Shown: piece after piece, positions 47,934 through 57,238 of the stretch
How positions within the stretch are numbered: position 1 is the stretch's first letter
Layout: every line of letters starts with the position of its first letter
NCBI GenBank assembly: GCA_035692185.1
Contig: DASSIE010000010.1
Location: 2,879-66,878 of the forward strand
Origin: Patescibacteria group bacterium
GTDB taxonomy: Bacteria; Patescibacteriota; Microgenomatia; UBA8517
DNA: 64,000 bases
Direction: 5' to 3'
Program-made: the position numbers and the translations under genes
Notes under the pieces: model-generated
Seen by the model: the letters and a program-made list of their open reading frames with translations, nothing else
What the model was told of the DNA's origin: nothing
Database searches by the model: none

Positions 47934-50683
47934 TTAAGCGTGATACTGTTTTTCTGATGTTGATTTTGATCTTTGTCTTTTTTAATTTATTTTTGCCATT
48001 TCCACATATTGCATCCGATCTTCACCTTAGTTTTAAAGATCAACTTTTATCCCAATTTTCCATTCCTTCAGCTTGGACATCTAGTGGTTCTTCTGGTCTT
48101 GGACAATCTGCTTCTCTTTTACTTTGGAATTGGCCAATAACATTTTTGTTTGGGGCTTTTGGAAAATTAGGAATGTCCCACCAATTTCTGCTTAAAATTT
48201 TTGGTTTCCTTCCGATTATTTTACTTGGTATTTTTTCACTTAATAAATTTTTTGAAAAAATAAAAATTTCTGAAAATTCAAAACTTGTCGCGAAAGTGTT
48301 TTATATGACAACTACATATTTTCTACTTTTAGTTGATGGTGGACAATTATCAATCGCCCTTTGTTATGCATGGTTTCCTTTTTGCTACATTAAGTTTATT
48401 GAATGTGTTGATGGTAATATATCTGACAAAATCGTCGCTGCTTTGTCTATAACCATTTTAGGATTTTTGGATATTAGATTTATATATGTACTATTAATAC
48501 TAATATTCCTTCATTTTATATTTAACTTAGTTTTTTTGTCATTCAAGGAATGGAGTTCACATATTGGTAAATGGTTCAATGCCATTTTTGCAATTGGAAT
48601 AATCGGTATCACCATTAATTTTTATTGGATTTTGCCGATTATTTTATCAAGGTCAACAGACGCTTCGTTGTTAAATATTCGTGAGTCTCAAACCCATTTT
48701 TTAAATTTTACTCAGTTTAAAAATGCAATCTCCCTCCTTCAGCCACATTGGTATAGAAATATTTTTGGAGTGATATCTGCATTTAAAAAAGAGTTTTTAT
48801 TTATACCACTTCTGGCCTTTATGTCACTATTTATGTATAGGAAAAACAAAAGAGTGTGGTTTTGGACCCTGATAGCAATAATTTCAGTTTTTTTAACAAA
48901 AGGAGATAACCCTCCATTTTCAGGAATTTATCCGTGGTTATTTACACATATACCTGGATTTTTCCTATTCCGCGATTCAACAAAGTTTTTCTTTTTAGTT
49001 TCCCTTTCGTATGCAGTTTTAATTTCGTATACAGTTGATAGTTTAATAAAAAGATTACCAAAAATTAAAATTATTTTTCCTGTTTTATTAATTTTATTTT
49101 TCCTTTTTTTAACGAGACCTATTTTCCTTGGTCAGATGACAGGAATATTTTCAAAGCCTTCATATACGGATGAGTATTTATCTCTTGGAAATAAACTTGA
49201 GAAGGACACATCATTTGGAAGAGTATTGTGGCTACCTCTCAAAGCCCCAATGGGTTTTGCATCGTTAACGCATTCAGGAATTGAAGCTAATAGATTGGAA
49301 TCAATTCGCCCATTTGCTATTGGTACGGTTGGGGCATATGAAACGCAAAACTTTATTAGGGAAGCAGACTACATGGGTGAGCTTTTTAGTATTGCTGGGA
49401 TAAAATATATTACATATCCATATCTAGATCCAAAGCGTGACGATATGTTAAAAGAAAAAGTAGATTATTATGGTACATTCTCAAATCAAATTAAAAGTTT
49501 ACTTTGGGTTGGCGACACAGTTTCCGATTTTCCAATATCAGTTTTTAAAACAAAAGAAAATGAGGGAAAAATTTTCCTTTCCAAAAATACGTACTATGTG
49601 GTCGGTTCTGATAGATTGTATTCAGATATTGTAAAATTAGGCGCGAAATTTAAAGATAACGCTTTAGTATTTGTTGAAGAAGGCAAAAATTTAATAAATA
49701 AAATTGTAGAAACACCAGGTGCAAATATAATTGTTTATGATAAAAATCTTACAGATTTAGCACTATCCTTCACCCAAACCAGCAACTTTATTTCACCAAG
49801 TTCAATTCTAGGATTTTCGCCAGGCAAAACTGGCTGGTGGAAAAGGGAAGCAATCGACTTGGTATGGACTCGCGATTTTTTGCAACAAAAATATGGCATT
49901 GATAATTTAGATTTTGATTACGGGGAAGGGTGGGCGATTGCTGAAGGAGATAGGGAATTAACAATTACCAATAACCAATTTACAAAAGGGAAAATACTTT
50001 ACGCAAGAGTTATGGAAAGCAGTAGAGGCGGGAACATTGAATTTTGGCAGGGGAACAATAAACTTGGGGAAGTAAATACAAAAATTGAAACTCCCGAGAA
50101 AGTTGTAATAAAACTAACAGGAAACGTTACCTTGCCAGATAAATTTTATAGATATGATAAAGCAAACTTTCATTGGGTGAAAATTGGAGAATTGTTGAAT
50201 AATTCTAATTTAACAATAAACACAAAAGGTGACATAAACATACTTAACACTTTAGCTGTAATTTCAAAAGAACAGGAAAACAATATTTTCCAAAGTGTTG
50301 ATAAATTAGTAAACGACAAAAAAATAGTAGAATGGGATAGTCTAACAATTAGCGATAAGAAAAAATTGCTGTTTGGCGCAGACACACCAATCGTTTCATA
50401 CACAACACTTTCACAAACGCATTACAAAATTAAGGTCGAAGGATTAAAAAATCCGACCACTTTATTTTTTTCAGAGACCTTTGATAGTAATTGGGAGTTG
50501 AATAATCAAAAAGGATACAAACTGTACAGTTTTATAAATGGTTTTTGGATTGACCATAATGGGGAATACGATCTTTATTTTTCCCCGCAAAAATATGTGC
50601 TTCCAGGGCTCATTGTAAGCATGATAACTCTAGCTTCTTGTATAATGTTTCTTATATGGAAAAGATCAAAGAAATCTTCCTAA
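47930..50683 (+). CDS. AftD/YfhO-like large GT-C membrane glycosyltransferase
   Basis: ASD loop, FRDSTKF, RVLWLP, C-terminal FSETFDSNW..FINGFW..PQ plus TM. Confidence 0.7.
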   Translation: MIKRDTVFLMLILIFVFFNLFLPFPHIASDLHLSFKDQLLSQFSIPSAWTSSGSSGLGQSASLLLWNWPITFLFGAFGKLGMSHQFLLKIFGFLPIILLGIFSLNKFFEKIKISENSKLVAKVFYMTTTYFLLLVDGGQLSIALCYAWFPFCYIKFIECVDGNISDKIVAALSITILGFLDIRFIYVLLILIFLHFIFNLVFLSFKEWSSHIGKWFNAIFAIGIIGITINFYWILPIILSRSTDASLLNIRESQTHFLNFTQFKNAISLLQPHWYRNIFGVISAFKKEFLFIPLLAFMSLFMYRKNKRVWFWTLIAIISVFLTKGDNPPFSGIYPWLFTHIPGFFLFRDSTKFFFLVSLSYAVLISYTVDSLIKRLPKIKIIFPVLLILFFLFLTRPIFLGQMTGIFSKPSYTDEYLSLGNKLEKDTSFGRVLWLPLKAPMGFASLTHSGIEANRLESIRPFAIGTVGAYETQNFIREADYMGELFSIAGIKYITYPYLDPKRDDMLKEKVDYYGTFSNQIKSLLWVGDTVSDFPISVFKTKENEGKIFLSKNTYYVVGSDRLYSDIVKLGAKFKDNALVFVEEGKNLINKIVETPGANIIVYDKNLTDLALSFTQTSNFISPSSILGFSPGKTGWWKREAIDLVWTRDFLQQKYGIDNLDFDYGEGWAIAEGDRELTITNNQFTKGKILYARVMESSRGGNIEFWQGNNKLGEVNTKIETPEKVVIKLTGNVTLPDKFYRYDKANFHWVKIGELLNNSNLTINTKGDINILNTLAVISKEQENNIFQSVDKLVNDKKIVEWDSLTISDKKKLLFGADTPIVSYTTLSQTHYKIKVEGLKNPTTLFFSETFDSNWELNNQKGYKLYSFINGFWIDHNGEYDLYFSPQKYVLPGLIVSMITLASCIMFLIWKRSKKSS

Positions 50684-51921
50684 CAGCTACTTTTAGACAG
50701 TCAAGCCTAACGACTTTTGGAACAATTGCCAATGGCTTCCTAGGTGCAATTTTTTACATTCTTGTTGCAAGAATGTTGGGGCCAGCACAATTTGGACTTT
50801 TTAGTATAGCTACACTTGTTTTAAACATGGTGGCAGATATTGGGGATTTGGGAACAAATACTGGACTTGTTAGGTTTGTAGGTGGAAATAGAGTTAACAA
50901 CCCGGAAAAAGCAAATAGATTTTTAAAACTTGGGTTAGAGGTAAAAATATTGGCATCTATAGTTATTGGAGTAGTTGGGGTCTTGGCGTCTTCCTGGATT
51001 GCAGTTTTCTTATTTAAAAAACCCGAACTTACTAATCTTTTACAGTTTGCATTTATCGGTGTTTCTGGTTCGTTACTTTTTTCTTTTATTTTGACAACAC
51101 TGCAAGCATATGAACGTTTTTGGTCGTGGAGTTTAATTCAAGTAATATCCAATAGCGGAAGAGTGATATTAATAATATTTTTTTATAATTTTTTAACGGT
51201 TTCACCAATTACTTCAATGGGGATTTATATAGTTATACCACTATTAAGTTTTATAGCGGGTCTTTTCGTGACTTCAACACGATTTTTTAAGGTAAGAGGG
51301 GAGACTTCAGAAATTAAAGAATTTTTTCATTACAACAAATGGGTGGCCCTATTTACCTTGATTGCAGCTTTCTCTGCACGTCTAGATAGTTTTCTAACTG
51401 CAAGATACTTAACTTTTTTTGAGATTGGAATTTATGCGGCTGCCACACGTGTTACACAAATAGTTCCTCAGATTGTTGGAGCAATTTCAACAGTTGTGGC
51501 ACCAAAAATGGCAGGAATTGGTACAAAAAGTGAATTCATAGAATATATGAAAAAGACTCAACTTTTTGTTTTTTCAATCGCACTTCTTGGGATACTGTCA
51601 ATTCCAGTAATCTCCTATTTAATTCCAATCATTTTTGGCAGTGCTTATTCGGCTTCAATACCGATATTTATAGTATTACTTTTTGCAATGTTATTTTTAT
51701 TAATCTCAATACCAGTACACACTGCAGTTTTTTATTATTTTTCCTATCCTAAACTTTTTGTCTGGATAAGCACCGCCCATTTAATTATAGTGGCTCTAAG
51801 TGGGTATTTCTTTATCCCCACATATGGGGTTATGGCGATAGCATACAGCGTATTGTTTGCTGGTATAGTTGATTTTGTGGTTCCTGGTATTTGGGTACTT
51901 AACAAATTACGAAAGGCATAG
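50656..51921 (+). CDS. wzx: Wzx-type polysaccharide flippase (intact)
   Basis: ARMLGPAQFG, DLGTNTGLVRF, IGIYAAA, about 12 TM. TATAAT at 50641-46, 9 nt before the ATG. Confidence 0.85.
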   Translation: MEKIKEIFLTATFRQSSLTTFGTIANGFLGAIFYILVARMLGPAQFGLFSIATLVLNMVADIGDLGTNTGLVRFVGGNRVNNPEKANRFLKLGLEVKILASIVIGVVGVLASSWIAVFLFKKPELTNLLQFAFIGVSGSLLFSFILTTLQAYERFWSWSLIQVISNSGRVILIIFFYNFLTVSPITSMGIYIVIPLLSFIAGLFVTSTRFFKVRGETSEIKEFFHYNKWVALFTLIAAFSARLDSFLTARYLTFFEIGIYAAATRVTQIVPQIVGAISTVVAPKMAGIGTKSEFIEYMKKTQLFVFSIALLGILSIPVISYLIPIIFGSAYSASIPIFIVLLFAMLFLLISIPVHTAVFYYFSYPKLFVWISTAHLIIVALSGYFFIPTYGVMAIAYSVLFAGIVDFVVPGIWVLNKLRKA

Positions 51922-51931
51922 ATTTCAAAAA

Positions 51932-52639
51932 ATGAGTATATATGCACATTGTCTGGTTAAAAACGAGGAAAACTTCATATGGTATTCTGTTGCCTCAGTA
52001 GTTGAATATGTCGATAAAGTTATGATTTGGGACAACGGGAGCTCAGACAACACAATCAAAGTAATTGAGGCATTAAAAAACAGATGGCCATCAAAGATTG
52101 ATTTTAAAAAGTTTTCAGGAGAGGTATCTGAAGCAAGGCAGCAAATGATTGGTGTTACAGATGCAGATTGGTTTATCATTTTGGACGGCGATGAAGTATG
52201 GTGGAATGAATCGATTAAAAAACTTGTTGCGGTTATAAACGAGGATGGTAAAAATCTTGATTCGATTGTTGTTCCATTCAAGAATTTGACACGAGACATG
52301 TTTCATTTTCAAGATGAAGGTAAAGGCAAATACAAAATCGATGAAAAAGAAGGTTTTTTGACAATAAAAGCAATAAATATGAAGATTGAAAATCTTCATA
52401 TAGGCAACGAATATCCATTTGAGGGTTATTTTGGTAAAAACAATATCCCTATACAGAACTTAATTTCAAAAAGAAGGGTTTTTTTAGAAACTCCTTATCT
52501 ACATCTAACGCATTTAAGGAGGTCAAGCAAAAAGTCTGAAAAAATCAAAAAACGAAATGGTCTTAGTTTTCCGCTAGATTTTTATTATCCGGAAGTTTTT
52601 TTTAGGCCCCGCCCAGATTTTATATTAACTCCATGGTAG
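51932..52639 (+). CDS. GT2 glycosyltransferase
   Basis: LVKNEE, WDNGSSD, LDGDE, YLH. Confidence 0.85.
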   Translation: MSIYAHCLVKNEENFIWYSVASVVEYVDKVMIWDNGSSDNTIKVIEALKNRWPSKIDFKKFSGEVSEARQQMIGVTDADWFIILDGDEVWWNESIKKLVAVINEDGKNLDSIVVPFKNLTRDMFHFQDEGKGKYKIDEKEGFLTIKAINMKIENLHIGNEYPFEGYFGKNNIPIQNLISKRRVFLETPYLHLTHLRRSSKKSEKIKKRNGLSFPLDFYYPEVFFRPRPDFILTPW

Positions 52640-53403
52640 AAAAACAGAAAGTTTGGGAGACTAATAATTATTATGATAAGGCTCATATTAGTAGTTTGGA
52701 TCTAAACAATCCCGGGATAAGACTTCTTTTAAATTTATCAAAAAAAAGTCGTAAAATTCTTGATTTAGGCTGTGGTGACGGATCAAGGTTGTCATTGCTT
52801 TCAAATGTGGGAACGGGCGTTGATGTGAGTGTGAAAGCCATTAGTATTGCAAAGAAAAGATACCCTAAATGTAAATTCATAATTGGAAATTTAGAAAACC
52901 TTACTTTTCCAAACGATTCATTTGATTTACTGTATTCTGCGTATGTTTTTGAACATATAGACAATGTTGAAAAGGTTATAAATGAAATAAAACGAGTATT
53001 AACACCATCTGGAAATTTAGTAATAATATGTCCGAATTATGGTGCTCCCAATAGAGCGTCCCCACCTTTTACAGGATCTAGAATTAATAAATTTATTTCA
53101 GGATTTTTGAATGATTTACTTAATGTTTTTAGACACGTCAAGACTTTGAACTGGGTAAAAGTAACTCCAATAAAAGGTGAATACAAATCAGATTTTGATG
53201 TAACAATTGAGCCGTATTCATTGAGTCTGTCTAAATATTTAGAAAGTAATGGATTTTTGGTGGAAAAGAATTTTCAAACCTGGGAGTATGAATTAGAAGC
53301 TGCCAACATTCTTCAAAAAATATTTAGATTTTTGGGACTAGTTGGCATTTATCCATTCTATTACTGGTCTCCACATATCGTTATTCAAGCTAAAAAGATA
53401 TAA
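52633..53403 (+). CDS. Class I SAM-dependent methyltransferase
   Basis: ILDLGCGDG, FDLL..YVFEH, CPN. Confidence 0.85.
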   Translation: MVEKQKVWETNNYYDKAHISSLDLNNPGIRLLLNLSKKSRKILDLGCGDGSRLSLLSNVGTGVDVSVKAISIAKKRYPKCKFIIGNLENLTFPNDSFDLLYSAYVFEHIDNVEKVINEIKRVLTPSGNLVIICPNYGAPNRASPPFTGSRINKFISGFLNDLLNVFRHVKTLNWVKVTPIKGEYKSDFDVTIEPYSLSLSKYLESNGFLVEKNFQTWEYELEAANILQKIFRFLGLVGIYPFYYWSPHIVIQAKKI

Positions 53404-53429
53404 TAACCTAGAAACTGTTTATTTTTAAA

Positions 53430-54086
53430 ATGCACATAGGAGAAACTACACTTGAAATTATGAGTAAGGCTAGTTGGTATAACAACTGGTTAATGCGTCA
53501 GATATCCGGATATCTAAATGGGGACATTTTGGAAGTCGGAGCTGGTATGGGCAACTTCACTTCAAAGCTATCAATTTATGGAAAAGTTACTGCTATTGAC
53601 TATGACGCAACTTACAAAAACGCAAATTATGGAGATATTGAAAACGGAAAGTATTATTTTGGCAAAAACAAATTGTTTGACACTATTGTTTGTATGAACG
53701 TTTTGGAACATATTAACAATGATAAAAAAGCATTAGAAAACATGTTTTCACTTCTAAATAAAGATGGCAAATTAATTTTGTTAGTTCCCGCACATCAGTG
53801 GGCATATGGCGAAATGGATAAAGGCCTTGGGCACTTCCGCAGGTATTCTAGAGGCGAAGTAGTTAGCAAACTTCAAGATTCCAAATTCGAGATTCTGAAT
53901 TCTCGTTATCTCAATTGGCTTGGTTTAATTGGATGGTTCTTTAATGCAAAAATTTTAAGAAGCGAGATTATTCCAGAAGGACAGCTTGGATTGTTTGATA
54001 AATTGGCTAGACCATTTTTATTATTGGAAGAATTTATTAACCCCCCATTTGGATTATCAGTTTTGGCAATCGGAGTAAAGAAATAA
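53430..54086 (+). CDS. Class I SAM-dependent methyltransferase
   Basis: ILEVGAGMG, NVLEH, VPAH..YG.MD..GHFRRY. Confidence 0.85.
   Translation: MHIGETTLEIMSKASWYNNWLMRQISGYLNGDILEVGAGMGNFTSKLSIYGKVTAIDYDATYKNANYGDIENGKYYFGKNKLFDTIVCMNVLEHINNDKKALENMFSLLNKDGKLILLVPAHQWAYGEMDKGLGHFRRYSRGEVVSKLQDSKFEILNSRYLNWLGLIGWFFNAKILRSEIIPEGQLGLFDKLARPFLLLEEFINPPFGLSVLAIGVKK
53872..53905 (+). repeat. Degenerate heptamer tandem repeat inside CDS
   Basis: TTCAAGA TTCCAAA TTCGAGA TTCTGAA TTCTCG (7-nt period); encodes QDSKFEILNS. Confidence 0.6.
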
Positions 54087-54087
54087 T

Positions 54088-54792
54088 ATGTTACTTTCAA
54101 TAATTATCCCCGTTTTTAATGAAGAAGATACTGTAAGTGAAATACTAGAAAAAGTTATGAAGGTAAAACTTCCAAAGAAATTGCAAAGGGAAGTGATAGT
54201 AGTTAATGACCGCTCAACTGATAATAGTTTAAAGAAATTAAATGGAATTAGAGGCATAAAGGTTTTAAATCATAAAACTAATCAAGGTAAAGGTGCGGCG
54301 ATTAGAACAGGTATCCAAAATTCAACCGGTGACATTTTATTAATTCAGGATGCAGATCTTGAATATGACCCAAACGACTATCCAAGGCTTTTGAAGCCAA
54401 TTTTAGATGGTAAAACTAAAGTAGTATACGGGACCAGACTTAAAAATTATCCGATAAAGATTTTTGGCAGAAAACATACGCCTTTCTTAACTCATTTTTT
54501 AGGAAATAAATTTCTCTCTCTTATCACAAGAATACTTTATAGAAGTAAGGTTACCGATATGGAAACATGCTATAAGGTTTTTAATAAAGAATTAGTTAAA
54601 AATATTGTAATTAAATCCAATAGATTTGAGTTTGAGCCGGAAATAACTGCAAAAATTTTAAAAGCTGGTCATAAAATTCACGAAGTATCGATTAATGTAA
54701 TTCCAAGAGGTTATGATGATGGAAAGAAAATTACCTGGAGAGATGGATTTATAGCAATTTGGACTTTGGTTAAGTATAGATTCACAGATTAG
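54088..54792 (+). CDS. GT2, DPM1/polyprenyl-phosphate glycosyltransferase-like
   Basis: IIPVFNE, NQGKGAA, QDADLEYDP, DMETCYK, FEFEPE, GKKITWRDG. Confidence 0.9.
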   Translation: MLLSIIIPVFNEEDTVSEILEKVMKVKLPKKLQREVIVVNDRSTDNSLKKLNGIRGIKVLNHKTNQGKGAAIRTGIQNSTGDILLIQDADLEYDPNDYPRLLKPILDGKTKVVYGTRLKNYPIKIFGRKHTPFLTHFLGNKFLSLITRILYRSKVTDMETCYKVFNKELVKNIVIKSNRFEFEPEITAKILKAGHKIHEVSINVIPRGYDDGKKITWRDGFIAIWTLVKYRFTD

Positions 54793-54795
54793 AAA

Positions 54796-55740
54796 ATGAA
54801 AAAAATTGCAATTCTTAGTTTTTATAATAATCTTCTTGATCGCGGAGTTGAAAGCTGGTCAAAATTGGTTAAAGAGAAACTGAGGGAGTCGTTTGATGTA
54901 GAAATATTTAGTGGCAAAAGCTTTGGAAATAAAATTGATTGGGAAAATAAAAATTATCTATATTGGAGATTTTTACTATTAAAACACTCACTCCAGACTC
55001 TTTCAAAATGGAACAAATACGATATTATCATTCCAGCTAATGGTACAGTCCAAACCTTAATTTGTAGATTGATTACTTGGTTTAAGAGAAAACCAATGAT
55101 TGTTTTTGGGCACTCTGGTCCTGGAGCTGACGACAAATGGAACTTACTTTGTTCCCCTAATGTTTTTGTCGCATTTTCGTCTCATCAAAAAGAGTGGGCA
55201 GAAAAATTTAAACTTCCGTGGACAAAAATAGTTCTTATTCCACATGCAATTGACTTGAAAAGATTTACTCCAGCCAAGGTAAAACCAAATCAGAAAATTG
55301 TACTTTGTGTGGCGGCAAATGAACCAAGTAAAAGAGTGGATCTAGTCAAAGAAGCAGTAGATTTAATACCTGGAGCAAAATTTATGGCGGTCGGAAAAGG
55401 AAACGAAATTGAAACCTCATTTGGCAAAATGCCTGAGGTTTACAAAAAAGCTGATGTTTTTTGTTTTGTACCCCAACCCTGGGAAGCATTTGGCTTGGTT
55501 TTTTTGGAGGCAATGGCAACCAACCTTCCAATTGTGACAATTAATGATCCCGTGCGTAGAGAAATAGTGGGAGATGCAGGAATTTTTGTTGATCATCCTG
55601 AGGATCAACAGGAACTTTCTAGTGCAATTGAAAAAGCGCTAAATTCAGATTGGCGCAATATCCCCAGAAAACAAGCTGAAATGTTTTCTTGGGACACTGT
55701 AAAATCAAAGTACGAGAATCTCTTTAATAATGTAAAGTAG
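54796..55740 (+). CDS. GT4 glycosyltransferase
   Basis: RGVE, EAFGLVFLEAM, FSWD. Confidence 0.85.
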   Translation: MKKIAILSFYNNLLDRGVESWSKLVKEKLRESFDVEIFSGKSFGNKIDWENKNYLYWRFLLLKHSLQTLSKWNKYDIIIPANGTVQTLICRLITWFKRKPMIVFGHSGPGADDKWNLLCSPNVFVAFSSHQKEWAEKFKLPWTKIVLIPHAIDLKRFTPAKVKPNQKIVLCVAANEPSKRVDLVKEAVDLIPGAKFMAVGKGNEIETSFGKMPEVYKKADVFCFVPQPWEAFGLVFLEAMATNLPIVTINDPVRREIVGDAGIFVDHPEDQQELSSAIEKALNSDWRNIPRKQAEMFSWDTVKSKYENLFNNVK

Positions 55741-55750
55741 TAAATAAATT

Positions 55751-56509
55751 ATGAATTTATCAAAGTTTTATAACGACAAAATTAGATTGGGATATCATCC
55801 AATCGCCTCAGTAAATTTAAAAAGAGGTTTTTTAAAATCTCTAGTTTCTTATGATGATAGATTTGTAACAGTTATAAAATATCTTGAGAAGTTAATTGCT
55901 GGTCTTTATAAAAAAGAAAAAATAAAAGTTTTAGATATTGGAATCGGTGACGGGGTTTACGAAAGACTGTTGTCTGCTGAATCTTTGCATAAAGTTGATC
56001 TTTATGGGATTGATATCAGTAAAAATCAGATTAAGAGAGCAGAAAAATTTATTAAAGAAGGTAAAGTGGTAGATCTTGATAACCAAAATATTCCATATAA
56101 ATCGAATACTTTCGATTTGATAATAATATCCGAGATTTTGGAGCATGTATTTTATCCTGAAAATATATTGAATGAAGCTTACAGAGTTTTAAGAAGTGGT
56201 GGAAAAATGCTAATCACTTTCCCAAATTCAGGAGCATTGCAGTTAAGACTTTCTTTATTTTTAACCGGCAGGTCGCCACTTCTAAATTATACAAAAAATA
56301 AGGAACATATTAGGTTTTTTGATAAAGGAGATGTTTTGACAGCTTTTATAACAAAACCAAAAGTCTTATATCATCAAGGATTAAGTTCATTTGTTTTTGA
56401 TAAGTGGGATTTTCCAGTTAAAATTATAACGCCAAGAATTGCAGAAATTATCGGTAACATTTGGATGCCAAGATTGGCACTTGGAAACCTTTTAATACTT
56501 AAAAAATAG
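55751..56509 (+). CDS. Class I SAM-dependent methyltransferase
   Basis: VLDIGIGDG, FDLII.SEILEH, VLRSGG..TFPN. Confidence 0.85.
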   Translation: MNLSKFYNDKIRLGYHPIASVNLKRGFLKSLVSYDDRFVTVIKYLEKLIAGLYKKEKIKVLDIGIGDGVYERLLSAESLHKVDLYGIDISKNQIKRAEKFIKEGKVVDLDNQNIPYKSNTFDLIIISEILEHVFYPENILNEAYRVLRSGGKMLITFPNSGALQLRLSLFLTGRSPLLNYTKNKEHIRFFDKGDVLTAFITKPKVLYHQGLSSFVFDKWDFPVKIITPRIAEIIGNIWMPRLALGNLLILKK

Positions 56510-56512
56510 AAT

Positions 56513-57238
56513 ATGAAATTATCTGTAACAATAATTACTTTAAATGAAGAGAAAGATTTATCAAGATGTTTAGAATCAGTAAAAAATTTTGCTGACGAAA
56601 TTATATTGGTTGATTCCGGAAGTAGTGACAAAACTCTCGAAATTGCAAAGAAGTTTGGTTGCAAAGTTTATACTCGTAAATTTGATAATTTTGCGAGTCA
56701 AAAAAACTTTGCAGCAGAAAAGGCAACTGGAGAATGGATTTTATCAATTGATGCCGATGAGCAGATAACGCCAGGACTTTTAGAAGAAATTAAGATTGCT
56801 ATCATTGATGAGAATTATAGTGGCTATTCCATTCCCAGAAAAAATATAATTTTAGGAAAATTTATAAAACACACACGTTGGCAACCAGAACTCGATCGCC
56901 ATATCTGGCTTTGGCAAAAGGGAAAAGGCAAATGGGCTGGAAATGTGCATGAGGAACTTTTAGTTGATGGAAAAATTGGAAAACTTAAAAATCCTAAAAT
57001 TCATTATCAATACGAGTCTGTTACAGAATTTTTGCAAATGATGAATAAATACTCGAGGTTAGAAGTTCGAAAGAGGTTTTCATTTGCAAGACTTATATGG
57101 GATCCATTCTATAATTTCGTAGTCAGGTATTTTTACAGACTTGGATTTTTAGATGGGCGAGAGGGGTTTGTTTTGTCTTACCTTATGGCAATATATCATT
57201 TGGAAGTTTGGGTTAAAGCTTGGGAGAAAAATAGATGA
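56513..57238 (+). CDS. GT2 glycosyltransferase (WaaE/KdtX-like)
   Basis: ITLNEE, VDSGSSD, IDADE, VHE, GFLDG. Confidence 0.9.
   Translation: MKLSVTIITLNEEKDLSRCLESVKNFADEIILVDSGSSDKTLEIAKKFGCKVYTRKFDNFASQKNFAAEKATGEWILSIDADEQITPGLLEEIKIAIIDENYSGYSIPRKNIILGKFIKHTRWQPELDRHIWLWQKGKGKWAGNVHEELLVDGKIGKLKNPKIHYQYESVTEFLQMMNKYSRLEVRKRFSFARLIWDPFYNFVVRYFYRLGFLDGREGFVLSYLMAIYHLEVWVKAWEKNR

Noticed and set aside
52600-52639. Possible C-terminal truncation of the GT2 at ...ILTPW* by the overlapping methyltransferase start
   Set aside because: The catalytic domain looks complete; truncation cannot be shown without homolog alignments.
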